Notes under the pieces: model-generated | Told to the model about the DNA's origin: nothing | What the model saw: the letters and a program-made list of their open reading frames with translations, nothing else | Databases searched by the model: none | Shown: piece after piece, positions 15,413 to 29,422 of the stretch | Layout: each line of letters begins with the position of its first letter | How positions within the stretch are numbered: position 1 is the stretch's first letter | Position numbers and translations under genes: made by a program | Origin: Neocallimastix sp. 'constans' | Taxonomy: Eukaryota | Direction of reading: 5' to 3' | Length of the DNA: 64,000 nt | Assembly: GCA_050613775.1 (NCBI GenBank) | Contig: JBODTK010000136.1 | Coordinates: 248,001 to 312,000, forward strand

Positions 15413-15964
15413 AAATAAAAAATTATAACCTAATAGAAAATATTTATATATATTCTTTATAAAAATTAAAAAAGAAAATTCATTGATTTAAAATTAAGAG
15501 GACAATATACAAATGATAAATAAAAAAAAAAATTTAACAATGAAAAAAAAATAATAAAGTATTATTTAATTTAAAATCAGTAAATCCTTAAAAGTTATGA
15601 TGATGAAGCCATAATATAATAAATAAATAAATAAATAAAAAATTAATTAAATAAAAACTAAATTATATTAATCTATTTTAGCTAGATTAAGATACATTTT
15701 AAAATTAAAAATAATAAGAATAAAAAAAATTTTATTTAAAATAATTTTAATTTTTTATTTGTTATTTTTTATTTTGTATGTTTTATATAAAAAAAATAAA
15801 ATAAAATTTTGTATATTGTTAAAAAATAAAATATAATAAAATAAAATAAAATAAAATAAAATAAAATAAAATAAAAGTTTTATATAAACAAAATAATAAT
15901 AAATGATATTAATTTTGTTCCTAAAAATATAAAATTAATAATACATTTAATATTTGTAAATATT

Positions 15965-16108
15965 AAAAAATTTTTTTTTTTTTTTTTTTTTTTTATATCA
16001 ATTATTATGGTGTATTTATTTCAATTATTCGATTATTTTTATAATAGAATAATTAAAATTTTAAAAAATAATAATACTAAAAAAAAATTTTTTTTAATAA
16101 TAAAAAAA

Positions 16109-16155
<47 letters not shown>

Positions 16156-16234
16156 TCAATTATTATGGTGTATTTATTTCAATTATTCGATTATTTCTAT
16201 AATAGAATAATTAAAATTTTAAAAAATAATAATA
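15965..16234. repeat. Tandem duplication of ~120-160 bp, each copy led by a poly-T tract
   Basis: atatcaattattatggtgtatttatttcaattattcgattattt...aaaaaataataata occurs twice, near 15995 and 16153. Confidence 0.85.
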
Positions 16235-16373
16235 AAAAAAAAGAAAGAAAAAGAAAAATATTATGAAATATGATTTTATTTTTTCTTTCTTTTTTTTTTT
16301 TTTTTTTTTTTTTGATAAATAAATGGTAAATTTTTTATACTAAATTCATTTTCTCATTTTTCTTTTTCATAAG

Positions 16374-16406
<33 letters not shown>

Positions 16407-16577
16407 TAAAATAAAAGGTATAATATTTATAAAAAAAAAAAAAATAAATTAAAAATAAAAAAAAAAGTGTAAAAAATTAATACAAATTGATATATGCATA
16501 TAAATATATATATATATAAAAGGGAAAAAAAAAAAAAAAAAGGAAAAAATATATATAAATATTTTATTATTATTATT

Positions 16578-16613
<36 letters not shown>

Positions 16614-16862
16614 ATATATTCATTCATTTAATATATATTAAAAAAAAAAAAAAGATAAAATAAAAGTTATAAATAATTAAAATAATTTATAAATTATTTA
16701 TAAAAATAAAATGAACATAAAAAAAAATTTTTTTTTTTTTTGAATTTTTGAATTTAATGATAATCTCTATTATAAAAGATAGATGATTTATATTTTATCT
16801 ATATTATTATTATTATTATAGTATTAAAATCAATAAATGCTTTTTCTTTATTTAATTTGATT

Positions 16863-16897
<35 letters not shown>

Positions 16898-16923
16898 TAT
16901 ATAATTTCTATAAATTATTAATT

Positions 16924-18689
16924 TTAAGATAAATCAAATAATAAATTAGAAATTTTCATTTTATTATGAGGACTAAGTTTTTTGGTATTTTGATTATTTT
17001 GATTATTTTGAATATTTTGAGTATTTTGAGTATTTACACCATCCATTTCTCCAACAATATTGATACCATTTGATAAATTTTCTGGATTCGATAATTTATT
17101 TAATGTATTCATTGGTAAATGATTATGTTTACTGTAATTATCTAATGAAGAAATAAAATTTAAATTGGTATCTGGTTTAGTGTAACGATCATCATTATCT
17201 CTACTATTTCTTCTTCTTCCTTCTACTTCTCTATCTCCAATTCCTAATTTTAAACTATCTATTTTCATAGAATTTGAATTTGAAGATGAATGATCTAATT
17301 GAGAATATGATGGACTCTGTATTGGTTGCGGTAGTTCCGAGGATATATATGGCAATTTTTGCTTATAATTATAATTTAAACTAGACATCATATTCATGTT
17401 CATATGTTCATTATTATTATTACCATAATTATAAGTATTATTATTATCATAAGGAGTTCTATCTTTATTATTATCATAGGGTGGACTTTCTTTATTGTTA
17501 ATATTATAATAGGGTGATCTATTTTTAATATTATCATAGGGAAGTCTTTCTTTATTATTAATATTACAATTGGGTGATCTATCTTTAATATTAATATTAT
17601 CATAAGGTAGTCTTTCTTTAACATTATCATAGCGTGGTCTTTCTTTAACATTATCATAAGGTGGTCTTTCTTTAACATTATCATAAGGTGATCTTTCTTT
17701 AATATCATCATAAAGTGGTCTTTCTTTAACATTATCATAAGGTGGTCTTTCTTTAGCATTATCATAAGGTGGTCTTTCTTTAATACTATCATAGATTGGT
17801 CTTTCGTTAATATTATCATAAGGTGGTCTTTCTTTAACATTATCATAGAGTGGTCTTCCTTTATTATTAATATTTTCATAAGGTGATCTTTCTTTAACAT
17901 TATCATAGAGTGGTCTTTCTTTTACATTATCATAAGGTGGTCTTTCTTTCACATTATCATAGAATGGTCTTTCTTTAATATTATCATAAGGTGGTCTTTC
18001 TTTAACATTATCATAGAGTGGTCTTCCTTTATTATTAATATTTTCATAAGGTGGTCTTTCTTTAACATTATCATAGAGTGGTCTTTCATTAATATTATAA
18101 TAGAGTGGTCTTTCTTTATTATTAATATTATCATAAGGAGGTCTTTCTTTAATATTATCAGAGTGTGGTCTTTCTTTATTATTAATATTATCATAAGGAG
18201 GTCTACTATCTTGGTAAGGCTTTTTCTGATTTAAATTTGTCGATGGATAACTCATATTAATGTTAGAATTACTTTTATTAGTAATAATAACATCTGTTGA
18301 ATTATGGGATAAAGTCTCCTTTGATTCATTATGGATCGTATTATAATTGAAACTTGTTTTACTTTGATTTGACTTTGAGCCATTAGAAGAGGTATTATTA
18401 TTGGAATCATTATTAGAATTTGGGGTTGGAAATACATCAAATATTTTCTTATATAAGTTATTATTATTATTTTTATTATTATTATTTTTATAATTATTTT
18501 TATTATAATTTTTATTATTATTTTTATTAATAACATCATCTTCATCCATATAATAATCATTATTTTTAAATTTATTATTATAATCTGAATATGGAAAATT
18601 TGAAGAATAATTATTTATTGTGGTATTAGAATTTGTATTATTTGTATTATTATTACTACTGGTATCACTATTGTTATTATTGTTTTTAA

Positions 18690-18720
<31 letters not shown>

Positions 18721-18753
18721 ATTATTATTATTATAATTATTATTATAATTATA

Positions 18754-18785
<32 letters not shown>

Positions 18786-19732
18786 GTGAATATTTCATTG
18801 GATTTAAAGGACTAGACATTAATGACATTGGAATGATAGGAGTAGAATTATTGGATTTGACAATTTTATTAGCATTATTCATTGAAAAATTGTATTCATC
18901 AAGATCTTCAGGATAAATTGAATTTAATGATCTCTTTTTATTATTGTTATAGGTTGGATAGGAATTGTTTAAAGAAGGTGATAATGTTTTATAATATTTA
19001 TTAAAATTATCAAATGAATTAAAGTCAGGTTTAAGTGGTGGATTCGTGAATTTAATTTTTTCATCTTTCATCATATTATTAAATTCTTGTCTATTCAATG
19101 ATTTTGAGTATGACCTTTCTGAATCGTAATCATTATTTGATTGATTACGCCAATAATCATCTTCATCTCTTCTTACATAATCATTATCTTTTGAACGATA
19201 ACGGTTATATTTCCAATTATCTTCATCTTTTCTACTACTATTAAAATCATTCTCTTCCTTTCGATTATATTTCCAATAATCACTTGATTCTTTTTTATTG
19301 AAAATGTCAATATCAGTTTGACTATTTTTCCAATTGTTTGAATCTAATAAATAATCCGAATTTCTTCTATAACTCGAATTTTGTTTGTAATTAAAATCAT
19401 CAAGATATGGATTATTATTATTATTATTATTTCTTTCATAATTATTTTCATTATAAATATCTGGCTTTCTATTTTTGAATTGGTAATCCCTAAATAAATA
19501 AATAAATAAATAAATATGGAATATTTATAAATATAAATATATATTATAAATAAATATGTATTATTATTATTATTATTTTATTTTAAATAAAAATAAAAAT
19601 AATAATTTAATATATATATATATTATTATATTATTATAATAGTATATATAATAATATATAATTATTTTTTTTAAAATAAATAAATAAATAAAAATAGGTT
19701 AAAAATGAACAAATGAAATATTCTAGTAAGAA

Positions 19733-19776
<44 letters not shown>

Positions 19777-19780
19777 TTCA

Positions 19781-19817
<37 letters not shown>

Positions 19818-22111
19818 AAATAAAATTAAATTAAAAATATAATAATAATAATAATGTAAATAATGTTAAAAAAAAAAAAAAAAAATATTTACTTTTCATT
19901 AATTGGTTTATTATCATAATCTTTCGATGAATTAGGATAATGACGATATTCATAAGGATTATTATTATTACTAAGGTGATCATTAAAATAGGATTTATTA
20001 TTTTCATTTAAAGGAATAAAAGAAGGAGTATATCTTTTCTCCAATGAAATAGTATTTTTTTTTTTATCAATATTTTCTCTATCTCTTTCTCTACTTAAAT
20101 AATTAATATTTGGTATAGAATCATGTGATTTAATGTCATTGTAATTAAAATGACTATGATTAATAGTATTATAATTGTTATTATTATTTTTAATATTGCT
20201 ATTATTTTTTAAAAGGTTTGATTTCTTCTTCTTTTGAATTTTTATAGCATAAACTGCACCACTTCTTAAAGCCATGAATAATGTTTTTCGATGAGACGTT
20301 TTAAGTCGAGAAAGATCTTCATAGGGTACCGATTCATATTGACTTTCCAAATTTGTAGGATAGCCAGGTTCTATAGGCTGATTTGGTAATGATAATGGCC
20401 AATTTATAAAGGTAAATGACGCATTATTCATAGCTAATTGTTTCCAAGGAATCGAGTTTTCACTCTTTATTCCTGCCCTTCCTTCATTATGGTAAAAAAA
20501 AAAAAAAATAAAAAATAAAAAAAAAAATAAAAAAATAATAAAAATAAAAATAGAAATAGAAACTGTTAATATTATTATAATATGCCTTTATTTATTTATT
20601 TATTTTTTACTATTATATTTTGTTATATAAATAAAAAAAAATAACAATACAACAGTGTTTAAAAAAAATAATACTAATATTTTTAATAATGTGTTGAATA
20701 GTAATAAAAAATAATAATAAATAAATTATTTAAAAAATATATATATATGTAATAAATAAACTTGAATTTTAAAAAAAAAATATATATATATGTAATAAAT
20801 AAACTTGGATTTTAAAAAAAATATATATATATATGTAATAAATAAACTTGAATTTTAAAAAAAATATATATATATATATGTAATAAATAAACTTGAATTT
20901 TTTTAAAAAAAAATATATATATATAAAAATTAAATAAAATTTTTTTAATAAATTAATTCTTTTCATCTAAAAAAATTTTTTCAACAATAATCTAAAATTA
21001 ATTTATGATTATTATTATAAAAAAAAAAAAATTTTTTTATTAAAAATTATTCAAATAATCCTCTCCAATAATCTAAATAATCACACCAATTTCTTAGTAA
21101 ATTACCAAATTGATATAACTATTATTTAAGAAAATTTTATATAATAATTAAATAAAAAAGAAATCAAACTTTTAATAATTATCCCTTTATTTATTAACAT
21201 TTATATATGATTTTAAATAAATAAATAAAAATAAACAGCTATTTTCTCTCTTTTTTTTTTTTTTTTTTTTTTAGGTTTAATAAAACTTTCTTGTATATAA
21301 TATTTAGATATAACCCTTTTTTTTACCATATAACAAATTATTATATACTAAATATAAAAATGAAATAGAAGCAATTTAATTTATAAATAAAAATATATAT
21401 GTATTAAATAAAATAAATAAATAAATAAAAAAGCATACTCATTAAATATCGACAAATTTGTATAATTAATTTTTTCTGTTCATTTTGATTTAACTTTTTA
21501 AACTCATCTAATGTATTTATTCCATTAAATTCAGTATCTAATTCTTTTTTTAATTGATCTACCTCCTCTCTACTATATTTTAAATTTGAAGTGTTATAAA
21601 CTGAATAGTCAATAAAACTATTAAATCGTTCATTCGTACGTTTTGATTTTAGTTTAACATAAACATTTTTATATTCATTCTTATCTGAAGGTAAAAGACT
21701 ATTTGGTGATGGTAATGATCTTGATTGTTGATCTTTTGATGAAAAATTGTTTTTTGCATTTGGATATGATTTATTATTATAATACGGAGAATTATGCGAT
21801 GAAGAATAGGTAGGTATAGAGGATGAATAAGGAGGGAGTGATGAATATCTACTTCTAAAAGAAGAATTATTATTAATATAACTATTATTATTATTATTAT
21901 TTACATGATTAGAAAGATATTCATCATTATCAGTATTATTATTATGTTGATAGTTATTATTTTGTAAATGACTATTATTTATATCAAATGAATTGTCATT
22001 CTTTTTATTTGTATTTCTATTACCATAATAAATTTCAGAAGAATTAAATTCTGAAAGTTGCTGGGAAGTATTATATTTATTTCTATTAATTAATTTATTA
22101 GTATTACTCAT
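16924..22111 (-). CDS. ~1275-aa Asn-rich protein of unknown function with a small globular domain and KERPPYDN repeats; possible transcriptional regulator
   Basis: Exons 22111-21439, 20481-19893 and 19489-16924 have GT-AG borders and consistent phases (total 3828 nt). Globular segment IIQICRYLMRRAGIKSENSIPWKQLAMNNASFTFINWP...LFMALRSG. C-terminus KMKISNLL. The exon 2 acceptor could be 9 nt further downstream. Confidence 0.75.
17440..18210 (-). repeat. Coding minisatellite of 27-bp units with 36-bp variants
   Basis: Over 20 imperfect copies of KERP(P/L)YDN(V/I), interspersed with 12-aa versions containing INN. Confidence 0.92.
20730..20925. repeat. Intronic tandem repeat, ~4 copies of ~43 bp
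   Basis: atatatatgtaataaataaacttgaatttt recurs four times. Confidence 0.75.
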
Positions 22112-22435
22112 TTTATTCCTTTTTTATTTTATTTTATATTATTATTATTATTATTTCATTATTATTATTATTATTTCATTATTATTATTTCATTATTTCA
22201 ATTGAATATTATTTTATAGTCTTTTTTTAATTTAAAAATTTTACTCTGTCTGAATATTAAATTTATTTTATATACAATATTTTATACAATTGCTAATAAT
22301 GTATATTTCCTCTAATACAAATCAATTGTAAAATTGATAATAAAATATGAAATTTAAATTGTTAACTTTTTATTACTATTATTATTATTATTATTTTCTT
22401 ATTTAAAATTAATTTAATTACTAACTAAATTTCCT

Positions 22436-22477
<42 letters not shown>

Positions 22478-25400
22478 TGTTTAATTTATATCTGTTATAT
22501 GTAATATTTTTATTCTTTTATTATTTTCCTTTAAATAATATGGTATTGATTATTCAATAATATAAAATTTTTGTTAAGTATTTTAAAAATTTATTTATTT
22601 ATTTATTATTTAGTATTATTTTATTTGTATTAGTATGATTATTATGTTTCTGATAACTATTAGGTAAAAATTTTTTAATTGTTGTTCTTTGCTTTTTGAT
22701 ATGTAGTATTTTGTTTTAAATTCTTTCATCATATTGTTACTTTTTCTTTTTCTCTATTTTTTTTTATATTTATATTTATATGTAATTTTTTTTTTGTTTT
22801 TGTTCTTTTTATATGATATATAATTTATACAGGTTATATATTATATATATATAATATATTTTTATTAATTTCTAAAAATTATTTTACTTTTTTTTTTTTC
22901 ATAAGTTCTTATATTTTTTATATATTTTTAAATTTTATATAATTTATAAAATAGGTATATATAACTTTTCTTGTATGTATATGTTTTAAAAAAAAATCAA
23001 CAATCTTTTTATTTTTTGAAAAGATAAATATTTAACATATCATAATATAAGACTTTATTATTATATTCTAAAATAATTAAATTCTCTTAAGTTTTTTTTT
23101 TTTGTTTTTTTAACTTCATAAAAATAAAAATAAAAAAAATAAAAAAATAAAAAGTAAAAAATAAAAAAAAATAGAAAAATATATAATAAAAAAAAAATTA
23201 CATAATATAAAAATTAGGTATAAAAAAAAAAGTATATAAAATTAATATAAATATAAAATTTAACTATATTAATAATATATTAAATGATATATTTTATAAT
23301 ATTCTATAATATATTATAAAAATATATTGTACGTTAAGTAATAAATTATCATAGACTATTGATTTAGAATTAATAATAAAATTTTATAATTTAATTATAA
23401 AAGTTTTAAATAATAGGAATATATTCAATTTAATATAATATTATATATTTATTAATATATTTAGGCTTTATAGAATTATTAAATAATAATATATTTATAA
23501 ACTTTATTTATTTATAAAAAGTTAATACATGAGGAAAAATTATTTATTAAAATATTTATGAAGTTGAAAAAAAAAATAAAACTTTGAAATAAAATTAAAT
23601 AAAATATAATAAAAATTTATTAATACATATATTGTAAATAGTATTCTTACTATATGTCAATTTATGTATTTGTCTAATATTTATATATCGTCTTCTTTTT
23701 AATTCAATTCAATCAAAAGTTATAAATAAAAGTTTAATAATTTTATTTTGTATGATTAATAGTCTATTTTATACTAAAATAGAAATTTATAAATAAATAA
23801 ATAAAAAAAAATTCAACATTTAAGATAAAATAACTTTTATTTTTTTAAAAAAAAAAAAAAAAAGTTAAAGAGTTAAAATAAAAAAAAGAGTAGAAATATA
23901 AATATGAAAGTACAGATTGAATAAAAATAAAATAAAATAAAATAAATAGTTGAATATATAAAATTAAAAAAAAGCTATTATATATTAAAATATATTCATA
24001 TTTATCTTACTATATGCTATTATACACCACACCATATAGCATCATATACCATTATAAACCTTATAATATAATCATTTAGAATTCTAAAGTACTTATTTTA
24101 TAATCTATTTAATATAAAAAAATATATATATTTAAAGTATTATTTTAATTATTTTCTTTTTATAATACAATTACATTTACATAAAATAAATACATATTTG
24201 TTATCTATATATGCTATTGAAAATATTTTATTCTTAATGAAAATGTCTACTATACTATATTATTATCTTTTTATCCTACAATAAGATCATATAAAGAAAT
24301 AATTATTTCTATTGTCATGTAAAATTTTACATCTTTATAGACGACATAAAAAAATTGGTGATGGAATAAAAACTCAAAATGTATCATTTAATTAAAAATA
24401 AAATTAAATGAAATAAAAAAAAAATAATATTTAATATTATTAATAATATTAAAAAGAACCAAAAATAAAATAAAATATATATATATATATTATACTATAA
24501 ATTTATCATTTAATCATTAGATATTAATTATATTTATATATATTTTTGTATCTTTAAATATGAATTAAAAAAATATGTATGTATATATAAAATTTAATAA
24601 AGTTTTAATAATTAAATAATTGATAAATATTTGATTACAATAAATATAACACTGTTTATAAATATATTAGAACTAATAAAATATTAATTAATCTTTATTA
24701 TTTCATTTATTATCTGTTGTAATTGAAAGTAATAAAAGATAATAGTAACAAACAATTAATAATTGAATAATACATAATTAATAATAAGTAATAATAATAA
24801 GAGTATTAATAAATAATAAAAATAAATAATAAATAATTAAGTAATAAATAATAATTAAATAATGAATAATTGAATAATAAATAATGAATAATGAATAATT
24901 GAATAATAAATAATGAATAATGAATAATTGAATAATAAATAATAAATAATAAATAATATATAATAAATAATAAAAAAAGTGAATTAATAAATAATAAATA
25001 ATAAAAAAAGAGAATTAATAAATAATAAATGAATAATGAATAATTGAATAATAATAAATAATAAATCATAAATAATTAATAAATAGTAATAGTAATAATA
25101 ATAATTAATAGTAATAATAATAAATAAAGAATATATAAAATAAATCTTATTTATTATATAAATATGTTTAATAAAAATATTTTAAAGCATTTAGTTATTT
25201 GAATCCAAAATTATTCTTACTATTATCAACAAATAATTAATAGTCCATAAAAACAATATTATAATATATAATATTGTCATTCCTTCTGAACTATTGACGT
25301 TGACAGTAAATTTTTTTTTTTTTTTTTAAAAAACAATAAAATAATATATGTTAAATATAAATATAAATATATAAATATGTAAATATACATATACAAATAT

Positions 25401-26169
25401 TTATAAATAATTTTAATTAACTTTGTACCATTTTCTTTTTTAAAAAAAATAATAATAATATGTATATTATATTAAATTAAATTGATATAATTATTCAATT
25501 ATTAATTTATACTTTATTTAATATTTGATATTTATATATAATATTAATATATTTATTTAATATTTGATATTTATATATAATATTTATATTTATTTAATAT
25601 TTGATATTTATTTATAAAAATTATACCCTTGTTATATTTAATTTTACTTCATTTATTTATTTATAAATTAATTTAAAAGATTTATGAAATTTTATATAAC
25701 TAATATACAATTATCTTTTTTTTTAAATTATAAATATTAATCTTTATATCTTTTACATCTGTTCTATTAGCGGATAATAATCGTATTTTACATAAATTTA
25801 TTTAAGATAAATTTATTTACTATTAATAATTATAGATAATTATTAATTTTTATTTATATATATTATTATTGACATACCATAATTTATAATTAAAAAAAAT
25901 TTTTTTTATATCATAGACTTTATATATATATATAATTTATCTTTTTTTTTTATTTATTTCATTTTGATATGATGGTTATTCAACAAAGTATATAAATTTT
26001 ATTTACATGTTAAAATAACTTTTTGTTTATTTATATCATGATTTATTTATTTACTTATTATTTTTAATTTTATTATTTTTAGTATCATCTGTATAAGTAA
26101 TTAGTAATGCATCCTAAGCAATCACCAATTATAATCTTTGATTATTCCATTATTTTATTATAATTATTT

Positions 26170-26305
26170 AATTATTTAATTATGATTATTTGATTATGAT
26201 TATTTAATTATTTAATTATGATTATTTGATTATGATTATTTGATTATGATTATTTGATTATGATTATTTAATTATGATTATTTAATTATTTAATTACGAT
26301 TATTT
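26170..26305. repeat. 13-bp minisatellite (ttatgattatttga-type)
   Basis: Repeated ttatgattattt(g/a)a units. Confidence 0.8.
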
Positions 26306-27015
26306 TATTAATTTTTTTTTATCATACGATTAATTTATTTTATAAAAAAAAATTCAATCATTTTTTTTTTATAAATAAAAAATTAAAAATACTTAAAAAA
26401 CTTTTTTTTTTTTTAAAAATTAAATTTATTCTGTATTTTATCTTTTTTATTAATTTATATATTTAATAGTTTTTAATTAATATATTATTAATTATAATTC
26501 ATATATAATTATTGAATTTATTATAGTCTTTATAAAAAAAAAAAATAAAATAAGATTACCGAAAATAATACCCTCAAAATATTATAACAAAATATATTTA
26601 AAAAGTTTTTTTAATGTTTTTATTATTATTATTGCTTTCATGGTTTACCTATAGAAATATATAGATTAAAAAAAATTATATAAATAATTATAATCTATAT
26701 GTTTAATATTTAATTTTATTTTATTTTTTTACCTTCTTTCTTTCTCTCTTTGTATTAAATCTATATTATAATAAATTTATAAAAAAAAAGTTTTGATAAT
26801 GTAAACACTTTGATAAAAGACATTAAAAAAAAAGGTTTTAAAATTTAAACACTGAAATAAAAGACATCAACTATAAAATAATATTATTTAATTATTTAAT
26901 ATTTAATAATTATAAAATACAATTTTAATATTAAAAAGCAATTTATATCAATAAATAATTCAATGTATTAATATATATTGGTAATACTATTATTACAAAC
27001 AAATAAGTAATTTCT

Positions 27016-27074
27016 AAATCATCAAATCATCAAATCATCAAATCATCAAATCATCAAATCATCAAATCATCAAA
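27016..27074. repeat. (AAATCATC)n octamer repeat
   Basis: About 7 perfect copies. Confidence 0.9.
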
Positions 27075-28964
27075 TTAATTTAAATCATTAAAATATCTAA
27101 AAAAGCCAATAAATTAATAAATTAATATATAATCGGAATCTATTTAATAATTGAAAAAGATTTAAAAATTATTTTTTTATGGAGTATTTTATTTTATTCT
27201 ATTCAAATAGAGTATAATTATATATTATACAGTGTAATAAATATATATAATAATATATTAGATAATATAAATATAATATATTTATATATTATTGTCAATT
27301 TAAAAGTTATTATTCCCATTCTTCAGATGGGAATAATAAAAAAAAAAATAGAAATAATCATAATAAAATACAAATTAATTTTATTAAAGACAATTTAAAA
27401 ACCTTAAAATTTCATCTTTAATAAATGTACTTTATATTAAAAAAAAAAAACTAAAAAATATATATATATTATTTATAATATAATTTATAATATATAATTT
27501 ATAATTTATAATATAATATATAATATATAATGTATATTTATTTATATTATATTTTAATAAATATGAAAGGTCATTTTTAAATATTAGTCTCTTTTATATT
27601 ACAGTATATACTCTATAACAACTTTTGAAATATAAAAAGTTGAATAATAATTATAATTATAATTATAATAATAATAATAATAATAATAATTTTTTAATTT
27701 TATTAGTATTACCAATTTTAGTAAGTAAAGAATAAAAATAAAAAAAAAATCTTTATAAGAAAATATAAAACATTTGAAGTTTAAAATTTTATTAATTCTA
27801 TTGGTAATAATATCAAAAATTAGAATATATATATTATTTTTTAGTTTATTTTGTTATAATATTTTAAATAAGGATTATTATTATCATAATTATTGTATTA
27901 GGTATACTCATTTTATATAGTTCAAAAAAAAAAAAAAAAGAACTTTTTAAATTATTATAGGAAGATTTGTTTTTTACTATTTGCGAATAGTGAAAGAAAA
28001 GAAATATAAAATTAATAAAAAAAATATTTAAGTCAAATTTATGAAAAAAAAAATTAAAAATAATTTATAAATCTATTTAAATTAATTTATAATTCATGTT
28101 GTGGCTAATTAACAATTTATAACAAAATCATCAATATTTTTATATATAATAAAATTAAATAGTGGCTTATAAAAATTTTGAATTTACTCTGAGGTAAAAG
28201 AAAAGAAAAATGTACATTTAATGGAATACAATATAAAATTTTGGTAAAAAAAAAATGGAATATTATATATAAATTAATAAAAAAATTAACAAAATTAAAT
28301 AAAAAAAATTAATTAATTCTTTAGATGTTAAAAACACGAGAAAATTATATATATTAAAAAAAAAAAGTGTAATTTTTCTTTTATATAATTAATGGATAAA
28401 AAAATTTTTTTTATTTGAATTATAAAATAATTATAATAAAATTCATTAAAATAAAAAAAAAAAAAAATTAGTAGTAGAATAATAATATACAAAAGCAAAA
28501 GACAAAAAAAAAATATATTAAATTTATAATAAATATATAATAAATAATAAAATAAATAATAATTAATAAATAATGAATAATTAATCAATAATAAATAATA
28601 AATGAATAATAAATAATAGATAATAAATAAATAAATTAATAAATAATAAATAAATTAATAATAAATAAATAATAATTAATAATTAATAAATAAATAAATA
28701 AATAATAAATTATTAAATAAATAATAATTAATAAATAATAAATAATAAATAATAAATAATTAAGGAATAGTATAAAAACATTGATTATTCAAATAATTAC
28801 ATTTACATTATTTACAATTCTATATTAAAGTTTAATATATTTAATTAAAGTATTTAAAATATATTTTTAAATAAGAAAGAAATAAGAAAAATAAAAAGTA
28901 TAAAATAAGAATTATCTAATCATTGACAAATTAAATCAATTTTAGCTATTTAAATAATAAAATA

Positions 28965-29373
28965 GTCATCCAGTTCTTATCCTGGGTTGTTAAGTCGTTG
29001 GCTTATCATACTAAAGGTCTCTGGATCGACCCCCACAAGTATCATATCTTCACGATTTTTCCCTTTGGGTTTTGCGTGAAAGGTTAGGGGTTAAACGATA
29101 CTCAGGTAGGTATACTTTCTAAGTTTTCTATATTTCTAACACTATTAGAATCCCATTGCGTAAGCCTTGTCTGAGAGGATTTACAGTGTCCAGCTCCTCT
29201 GGGATGGCAAGGACGCCACCTATAGTTGGCTCTGCTTTCCCTCGAGGATCGCGTAGGGTGCTTCTATATGGAGTTTCTTTGCTTATGGGGAGTTGAGAGC
29301 GTCGACGCCGTACCGGTATGGCAGTTAATCATACACCCATATTACTATATGGGGAAGACCAAAGTCTTCAGTC

Positions 29374-29420
<47 letters not shown>
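28965..29420 (+). mobile_element. tRNA-derived SINE (tRNA-Val-like head) with poly(A) tail and 14-bp TSD
   Basis: GC-richer island. Head 28973-29044 (CGTTGGCTTATCATACTAAAGGTCTCTGGATCGA) resembles tRNA-Val CGTTCGCCTAACACGCGAAAGGTCCCCGGTTCGA. A-tail 29377-29420. TSD taaataataaaata at 28951-28964 and 29421-29434 (AT-rich, so weaker evidence). Confidence 0.78.

Positions 29421-29422
<2 letters not shown>

Noticed and set aside
17400..18560. Alternative-frame ORFs with MIMLKKDHL repeats
   Set aside because: They are frame shadows of the 27-bp coding minisatellite.
29045..29376. Self-cleaving ribozyme (HDV-like, hammerhead, twister) in the SINE bodies
   Set aside because: Hairpins are present (ccttgtc/ggcaagg, agagga/tcctct, ttcacg/cgtgaa), but I found no CUGANGA-GAAA core or nested double pseudoknot by eye. 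An Infernal search would settle it.
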